From IMG/VR virus record IMGVR_UViG_3300022925_000006: a stretch of DNA of 64,000 bases; one strand, written 5' to 3'. Made by a program: the position numbers and the translations under genes. Positions 58,501 to 64,000 of this stretch are shown in pieces. The notes under the pieces are model-generated. The model was not told where the DNA came from. It worked only from the letters and a program-made list of their open reading frames with translations, and did no database searches. This stretch comes from a virus. Every line of letters begins with the position of its first letter. Positions within the stretch are counted from its first letter, which is position 1.

Positions 58501-60707
58501 ACTGGCGTGGTGTACCACTTGCTACAAACAGACAGTCAGACGGTGTTGCTAGAGGTGGTGTTACAACTAACAGAGACCGTGCAGGAACCACAACGACCCG
58601 TTCATTTTCGCAACGTGTTGTTGTTGGAACAAGAACTGTTCGTAAAGTAGTTGGTGATAAAACAGTATCTCTGACATTCTTACCATTTATCCGTTCACGT
58701 AAAGTGTTCTTCCGTGCAGAAGGACTCCGACCTAATACACAATTCTTCCCATTCTTTGATGGTAAACTAGTATCGAATTTCTGTCGTGAAGAGTCTTTCG
58801 AAAGATTTTCGTTAGGTGGAACTTCAGGAATCTATTATGGTAACAGATTCCGCAATTCTAGTTCGCACCCACAGGGTTCGAGTAACTTAGAATCAAATGC
58901 AAATGGTGTGATTGAAGGTTCATTCTTCATCCCATCTTCAACTACTAATCGTTTCCGTACAGGTACTCGTGAGTTTAAACTACTTGATATCAGTATCAAC
59001 AATGATGCAGCTGCATTGTCTCATGCATCAATTAACTATGTTGCACAAGGTACATTAGATACAAGACAGAAGACCATTACCTCTACTCGTATCACTCAGA
59101 AGAGAACCCGTAAGTGGACAGAAACTACTCGTGTCCGTAACCGTGACCCACTTGCTCAGTCATTTACTGTCACAAAACCTTCAGGTATGTTTGTAACTAA
59201 AGTTCAGTGTTACTTTAAGAGTAAGGATTCCAGTGTTCCTGTTGAACTACAGATTCGTCCTATGGTCAATGGTGTCCCGTCTGCAACTGATATTATCGGT
59301 AATGCGATTAAATTCCTGTCACCGTCACAAGTTAACTTACCAGCATCACAGACACAGGCTGCGGTACTTGCCGCTCCTACTACGTTTGAGTTTGATGAAC
59401 CAATCTATCTGAATCCCGAAACGGATTATGCAATTGTTCTACTTGCGGAGTCGGTTGAGTATGAAGCCTATGTTGCTGAGACCTATGCGTTTGAACTAGG
59501 TTCTACCGAGAAACGTGTATCACGACAACCTTCAATGGGTTCACTCTTCAAGTCACAAAATGGTAAGACTTGGGAACCAGACCAAACAAAAGACTTGTCG
59601 TTCAAGATTTTCCAAGCAGAGTTTGATACTGCTGGAGGTTATGCGATATTTGAGAACCGTGACGTAGAAGATGAGGTTTTAGAAAACAATCCATTCTTCA
59701 TGAACAATGCGGACGCAACCGTTACTATGTTGTTCCCAAATCATGGTTATGATGTTAATGATACAGTAACTATTGCTGGATTGGATAGTGCAACAACTTA
59801 TAACGGTATTCTTGGAACTAGTCTCCTTGGTAGCCGAACAGTTACCGCAATTGATGGATTTGGTCTAAGATTTGAAGCTGATAGTGCTGCAACATCTTCG
59901 GGTAGATTTGGTGGAACAGATATCATAGTTGACCAACAAGTTCAATTTGATATTGCAACACCAAACTTTACCACAATGCAACCAGACGATACAAGTTTAT
60001 CCTTTGGTGCTAAGTTTACTACAGGTAAATCTCTGGCAGCTGTTGCTGGTCAACAGACTCGTTATCAGAAAGATGCGACATATAGTGCCGATATTGTGGT
60101 GGGTGAAGAGAACTTCTTTACTGCACCAAGACTTGTTGCGAAAGCCTCAAATGAAACTACGGAACTGGGTTCTGGTGTTCGTTCAACAACCTTTAAGATT
60201 GATATGGGAACGGTTCGTTCGGATGTATCTCCTGTTATTGATGCACAAAGAGCGTCTCTTACTACCACGTCAAACTTGATTGATAATCAAGTCTCATCTG
60301 CTGCTAATGGATATAATGTTCCATTAACATATACGGACGAGACAACACCGTTTGGCGGTTCCGCTTTGGCTAAACATATCACCTCGGTGAATGAACTTGA
60401 AGCAGATGCTGTTGGTATGAAAGTACTGGTATCTGCACTAAGACCATCTAATGCTGACTTTGATTTATATTTCAGAGTTGCGAATGATGGTGAAAATATC
60501 TTTGATAAGGATTGGACACTTCAATCAACAGAAACAACTATTGCACCAGACCCTAATAACTATCGTGAATATCGTTACTTGATTGGTGGTGATGGTGGTG
60601 ATGTTGACCCGTTCACTCAATATCAATTTAAAATTGTGATGCGTTCAAATAACTCATCTAAGATTCCTGTCTTCAAAGACTTCCGAGCAATTGCGTTGGC
60701 AGTATAA
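55506..60707 (+). CDS. Large virion structural protein (VrlC/DUF4815-like)
   Basis: YKDDF..YHRILFNSGRALQARELTQLQ, PGADRY, GFFVDNF, DPLAQSF. Confidence 0.8.
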   Translation: MPKTFTSNVFNSSYKDDFKDSDNYHRILFNSGRALQARELTQLQTIIQEEIGRFGRNVFTEGAAVNPGGPSINNDYEFIKLNTSVNTLPSDLTTLVGTEFTGQTSTVKARVLEVLVASGSDPATLYVQYTNTSGATAGENTIRMGAGEDISNGTDTLTVQSTNTVNNPAVGRGCQISSAEGDFFTRGHFVFNGKQSLILSKYSRYPTKVVGFKVTEDIVTVTDTNTLYDNQGATPNLSSPGADRYRIKLTLTTKDQIVSDENFVYYCDVADGLIVDEAKGESNYNAINKLLATRTEEESGNYIVEPFTVDFGDSANDFLASVSDGTAYVNGYRADAPKPTPLIIAKPRQTETLTNEVAGITYGQYFICDTLEGNLNVSAFATLNLRSTASYGGSTIGTARVRYVEEDGANYRVYLFDIKMNSGQSLRNVKSLGTGAADFANPILENSKAVIKESTKTTLVYPLPNPRPRTISDVDFEVQRIRTGTSSGSGSLTLSLSATGETFVNTSQWIVTRNDTGAVVSPSGITGTGTQSTTISGLPNSTAVTVYLKVNKAQPSVRQKTLVETTFSGAVESDGTGTKFVNLHATDVYDVLSIKQTDSSGSDISYLFTVDDGQRAGFYDNARLVLEGGATAPAGSVFTRFKHFTHGAGDYFAVNSYTGQVAYENIPNFQIGPRSSINLRDVIDFRSSVDSDGLFAGGDAAFNEIPTNGDIFQGDVEYYVPRADKIVITTQGDIKNIKGEPGFTSQVPFTPENTLPLFELELNPYGLSDSDIVVTPIEAKRFTMKDISQIEKRIDKLEEVTSLSLLEVDTSALLVLDSSGNPRSKSGFFVDNFKDRSFSDAQNSEYRAAIDPSRNFLAPQTIEDNVGLIYDSALSSNTILKGDTIFLNYAHKEAITQPVVSGTENVNPFAVITGEGNITLSPASDEWQQTKYKPANVINKTAEEDLGTINEGNLAVGTAVRRGVANEFVWSGRPFAPIGGFGFMQLPIFNGWRGVADWNWRGVPLATNRQSDGVARGGVTTNRDRAGTTTTRSFSQRVVVGTRTVRKVVGDKTVSLTFLPFIRSRKVFFRAEGLRPNTQFFPFFDGKLVSNFCREESFERFSLGGTSGIYYGNRFRNSSSHPQGSSNLESNANGVIEGSFFIPSSTTNRFRTGTREFKLLDISINNDAAALSHASINYVAQGTLDTRQKTITSTRITQKRTRKWTETTRVRNRDPLAQSFTVTKPSGMFVTKVQCYFKSKDSSVPVELQIRPMVNGVPSATDIIGNAIKFLSPSQVNLPASQTQAAVLAAPTTFEFDEPIYLNPETDYAIVLLAESVEYEAYVAETYAFELGSTEKRVSRQPSMGSLFKSQNGKTWEPDQTKDLSFKIFQAEFDTAGGYAIFENRDVEDEVLENNPFFMNNADATVTMLFPNHGYDVNDTVTIAGLDSATTYNGILGTSLLGSRTVTAIDGFGLRFEADSAATSSGRFGGTDIIVDQQVQFDIATPNFTTMQPDDTSLSFGAKFTTGKSLAAVAGQQTRYQKDATYSADIVVGEENFFTAPRLVAKASNETTELGSGVRSTTFKIDMGTVRSDVSPVIDAQRASLTTTSNLIDNQVSSAANGYNVPLTYTDETTPFGGSALAKHITSVNELEADAVGMKVLVSALRPSNADFDLYFRVANDGENIFDKDWTLQSTETTIAPDPNNYREYRYLIGGDGGDVDPFTQYQFKIVMRSNNSSKIPVFKDFRAIALAV

Positions 60708-60913
60708 TGAGTAGGTATATAATGGTAGACGGAAGTTCTAGTTTGGCAAGAGACCCAAGAACTGGTGCCATAGTTAATATAAATAAAGATGAGATTAACA
60801 AAGCACGAGATGCTAAACAACGAAGAAAGAATAAAGATAGAGAGTTTGACGAATTAAAGAATGAAGTCGGTGAGATAAAAGAACTCCTCAATAAACTAGT
60901 AGAGAAACTGTAA
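60707..60913 (+). CDS. Small coiled-coil hypothetical protein
   Basis: RDPRTGAIVN...ELKNEVGEIKELL; contains TATAAATA at 60778. Confidence 0.7.
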   Translation: MSRYIMVDGSSSLARDPRTGAIVNINKDEINKARDAKQRRKNKDREFDELKNEVGEIKELLNKLVEKL

Positions 60914-62400
60914 TGGCAACAAATCAACCGACAATTACAACGATTCAGGATACGTTCACTACGTTGGTGACCAATACCAATACAGTGTCCTTAGACTTAG
61001 GTGCGACTGGTAGACTAAACACTAATCAAGATTCTAGTGCGGTCGCAGCTATTAACGAACTTGAATTAGGAATTCGTGGTACTTCTAATAATCTAGTCTT
61101 AACTGACCTTGCAGACTTTAGTGCTGATAACATCGTATCTGCACTGCATGAACTCGACAGTGACCTTCATGGCGCTGGTGGTGGTAATGCTAAGGCTGAC
61201 TTAACCACTAATGCGAATGATATCGTATCAGGTATTAATGAACTAGAAGTAGGTATCCGAGGAACATCAAACAATCTGGTCGCAACTGACCTTACAACTA
61301 TTGCAAATAACCTTGTGTCGGGTGTTAACGAACTTGATAGTGATATCGGTGCGAGACCCCATACTAATCTTACGACAATTGCAAAAAATCTAACTGCTGC
61401 TGCAAATGAGTTGGATAGTGATATTGGCGCAAGACCACACACAACACTAACAACATCTGCAAAGAATCTGACAGCTGCAATCAATGAACATGATGCAGAG
61501 TTAGGTATAATCACTTCAGGTGCAATGGGAACAATCGCATCTACAGTAAGTGGTGCGATTGCGGAACTGGATAGTGACCGTGACGTTCTTATTACTTTTG
61601 TTGAACCTAAACAGGCAATCAATACAACTGCAACAACTGTTGCTGACGCAATCAATGAACTTGATAGTGATATTGGTGCGAGACCCCATACTAACCTAAC
61701 AACCAGTGCATCAAATCTTACATCTGCGGTTAATGAACTTGATGCGGAACTAGGAACAATTACTGCTGTTGCGATGGGCACTACCGCATCAACTGTATCT
61801 GGTGCAGTCTTTGAATTAGAACAAGAGATTGATACTCTTAATACCGCAGTTGAACCTACTCAAGTATTAACAACAACTGCAAACTCACACGCAGACGCAA
61901 TCAATGAGTTGGATAGTGATATTGGTGCGAGACCACACACTAATCTAACAACCACTGCCAAGACTCTGACGGGTGCTATCAACGAACACGATACAGAGAT
62001 TGGTGCTGCTGCATTAAATACTTCTGCAACAACTCTACGTGGTGCAATTAACGAACTACATACTGAAGTAGGGGACGCAATAAGTGGTGATAATCTTACT
62101 ACAGGTAATATTGGTTCGTCTTTAAACTTACTAGATAGTGCAGTAGGTGATTTAGGTATTCTTAACAGTGACGGTTCTATTGCAAATAGAACTAATCTGG
62201 TTAGAGCAATCAACTCTCTTGCGGACGATATCCTCCTCTTGGATTCGGATTCAACGTTACAGAGTGCAAGACTGGGTTCATTGAATGATTTAGACGTAGC
62301 TTTTGTTGGTGCAGAAAGAGATAATTTTGTTGCAGCTTTAAATGCATTACGAGCGGATATACCACTGATATTTGATGAGAATGGAACACAACTTAATTAA
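60913..62400 (+). CDS. Repeat-rich fibre/whisker protein (fibritin-like position)
   Basis: ~26-28-aa repeats L-x-T-x-A-x-x-L-x-x-A-I-N-E-L-D. Confidence 0.7.
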   Translation: MATNQPTITTIQDTFTTLVTNTNTVSLDLGATGRLNTNQDSSAVAAINELELGIRGTSNNLVLTDLADFSADNIVSALHELDSDLHGAGGGNAKADLTTNANDIVSGINELEVGIRGTSNNLVATDLTTIANNLVSGVNELDSDIGARPHTNLTTIAKNLTAAANELDSDIGARPHTTLTTSAKNLTAAINEHDAELGIITSGAMGTIASTVSGAIAELDSDRDVLITFVEPKQAINTTATTVADAINELDSDIGARPHTNLTTSASNLTSAVNELDAELGTITAVAMGTTASTVSGAVFELEQEIDTLNTAVEPTQVLTTTANSHADAINELDSDIGARPHTNLTTTAKTLTGAINEHDTEIGAAALNTSATTLRGAINELHTEVGDAISGDNLTTGNIGSSLNLLDSAVGDLGILNSDGSIANRTNLVRAINSLADDILLLDSDSTLQSARLGSLNDLDVAFVGAERDNFVAALNALRADIPLIFDENGTQLN

Positions 62401-62411
62401 TCGGAGAGAAC

Positions 62412-64000
62412 ATGACTGTTCCAGTAAAACTAAAAGACAGTGCTAGTGCCGATTTTGTTCAGTTCTCATCGACAGAAGAAAATTATTTAGCATACCAAGC
62501 GGGTCTACACCTTGCGTCTGGAGATAGTTCAGACGTAGGTTCTCTTGCGTTCAATATTCATGGGGTTGTTAATACAATCGGTTCCGTGGTTGATACGTCA
62601 TATGACTCTGCTGTAGGAACAGGCGGTGATGGTTCGTTCTTATCATTCACCACAACTACGACTCCGATTAGACAAACCAAAGGAACCATTACTCCTGCTG
62701 GAAGTAATAACCGTCTTCCCGTGATGCAGAGGGACAGTGACGGACAAAGAGTTATTCGTGAGATGAATGATTCTGATGTGAGTGCATTACTCGATAGAGT
62801 CGGTTCACGTATCTTTACATCTGACTATCCTGGCTCATATAAACTTTCAACATCAACTCCGTCTGGTGGATATTCGACAGTCTTATCAAATGTAACGACT
62901 GATACTAGAACTGATGGAACATCTATACAATATAATCTGTATAGAAGAACTTCAATGACACCACCAACTAAAGTGTTGCCATTTTCTATCAAACGTTCTA
63001 GTGGTGATACTGGTACATATCAAGGTCTTCAGTTAATGACTGACGACCAAGTCAAATATTCTATTGGTACTCGTTTACAAAACAAGATTGCGGGTACTGA
63101 TAATTCTGTAGGTTCATATAAGATTTACAGTGCTTCTGCTGGTACTCCAACCAACAATGGTTTGTCTGGTACATGGCAATCTAAAGGTACTGCAACAGAT
63201 ACTCGTCAAGATATTGTTGATGCAAACTATACTAGAGGACGTGTATCTACTTACTCTCGTCTAAGAGAATCTACTTATAGTGCTGCATATAACAGAACAA
63301 GAAGTAGTTCCTATGCTAGTACTAATGATGTTACTCGTACCAGTACATACTCAGCAACATATTCCCTACCAAGAACTAGTTCATTCACCACTAATGGTTT
63401 CATAGGAAACTACATTGGTAATTATCAAAGAACAACGAGTGGAGTTTATACTCGAAGTCGTCTGGCTACTCTCGATTATGCTGGTGATTATGTAGGTAAC
63501 TTTGTAGGTAACTATTCTCGTTTATTAGGATTTACTGGTAACTATTCAGGTGTGGGCGGAAACTTTCTTAGAGATTCTACCAGAGTATCGACATATGGTA
63601 GAACCTCTACTAATACTTTTGTTGGTAATTATAATCGAAGTGTAACTTACCTCGGTAATTATACTGGCAATTTCTTGGGCGAATACACTCGTGATAGTCA
63701 AAGAGTCCCAGCAGTTGACTTTACTGGCAACTTTGTTGGTAACTATTCACGTAACTTCCTTCGTACTCGTAATTCTAATTATCAAAGAAACACTTTAATA
63801 GACTCTACTAGAACGTCTACCAGAGATTCTCAAAGAACTGATATCGGCAACTTTACTGGTGATTTCACTGGTAACTATTCACGTAACTTTTCTGGCGCAT
63901 TTACTAGAAACTCTTTGGACGAAATGGCCTATGTTACTGTTTACTCACGAGGTACAGTAAAGGCTGGTGACATTACATACTATACTGGTAACTATCTAGG
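62412..64000 (+). CDS. Fibre-like virion protein with [FY]-x-G-N repeats, 3'-truncated by the window
   Basis: GGAG RBS, ATG 62412, open to window end (MTVPVKLKDSASADFV...); absent from ORF track. Confidence 0.75.
   Translation, partial: MTVPVKLKDSASADFVQFSSTEENYLAYQAGLHLASGDSSDVGSLAFNIHGVVNTIGSVVDTSYDSAVGTGGDGSFLSFTTTTTPIRQTKGTITPAGSNNRLPVMQRDSDGQRVIREMNDSDVSALLDRVGSRIFTSDYPGSYKLSTSTPSGGYSTVLSNVTTDTRTDGTSIQYNLYRRTSMTPPTKVLPFSIKRSSGDTGTYQGLQLMTDDQVKYSIGTRLQNKIAGTDNSVGSYKIYSASAGTPTNNGLSGTWQSKGTATDTRQDIVDANYTRGRVSTYSRLRESTYSAAYNRTRSSSYASTNDVTRTSTYSATYSLPRTSSFTTNGFIGNYIGNYQRTTSGVYTRSRLATLDYAGDYVGNFVGNYSRLLGFTGNYSGVGGNFLRDSTRVSTYGRTSTNTFVGNYNRSVTYLGNYTGNFLGEYTRDSQRVPAVDFTGNFVGNYSRNFLRTRNSNYQRNTLIDSTRTSTRDSQRTDIGNFTGDFTGNYSRNFSGAFTRNSLDEMAYVTVYSRGTVKAGDITYYTGNYL

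Noticed and set aside
189-62213. Numerous antisense and alternate-frame ORFs in the track (e.g. 10985-11632, 26220-26855, 41905-42552, 61167-61781)
   Set aside because: They lie opposite or within well-supported genes, lack RBS and motifs, and are expected shadows of biased codon usage
63220-64000. Diversity-generating retroelement target (AAC/AAT-rich repeats)
   Set aside because: No reverse transcriptase and no template/variable repeat pair differing only at adenines within the window
1-64000. Stop-codon reassignment
   Set aside because: Core genes are full length in the standard code, and TAA, TAG and TGA all terminate genes at coupled junctions

Overview
A 64 kb slice of a T4-like myophage genome (roughly 38-40% GC, standard genetic code; gene content resembles marine T4-like phages, which is an inference). 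Left arm (1-28.7 kb, + strand): nucleotide-metabolism and auxiliary genes (NrdA-glutaredoxin fusion, nrdB, panD, phoH), an M15 endolysin, and a ~17.7 kb block of glycan-building and tailoring enzymes. That block holds 7-8 glycosyltransferase-like ORFs, sulfotransferases, methyltransferases, a carbamoyltransferase, a radical SAM enzyme, a diiron protein and a HAD-nucleotidyltransferase fusion, and is followed by two tRNA-Arg. Middle: early hypothetical genes, gp33, gp32, and a minus-strand tail module (gp4, B12-radical SAM, gp2, tube-like protein, gp26, gp51, tape-measure candidate). Right arm: baseplate and fibre genes (gp48, gp53, split gp5, gp25, gp6, gp7, gp9-like, gp8, VrlC-like, two repeat fibres). 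Top observations: (1) a candidate programmed -1 frameshift, with slippery heptamer, 7-nt spacer and downstream RNA structure, joining gp26 to gp51 directly upstream of the tape-measure candidate, i.e. a lambda G/GT-like chaperone system in a T4-like phage; (2) recurrent D-S-[A/D/S/G] motifs in outer baseplate and fibre proteins alongside the glycan cluster, suggesting phage-encoded virion O-glycosylation; (3) a context-dependent restriction-site avoidance pattern suggesting GpC-context DNA modification. All family calls come from motif recognition by eye; no database searches were run.
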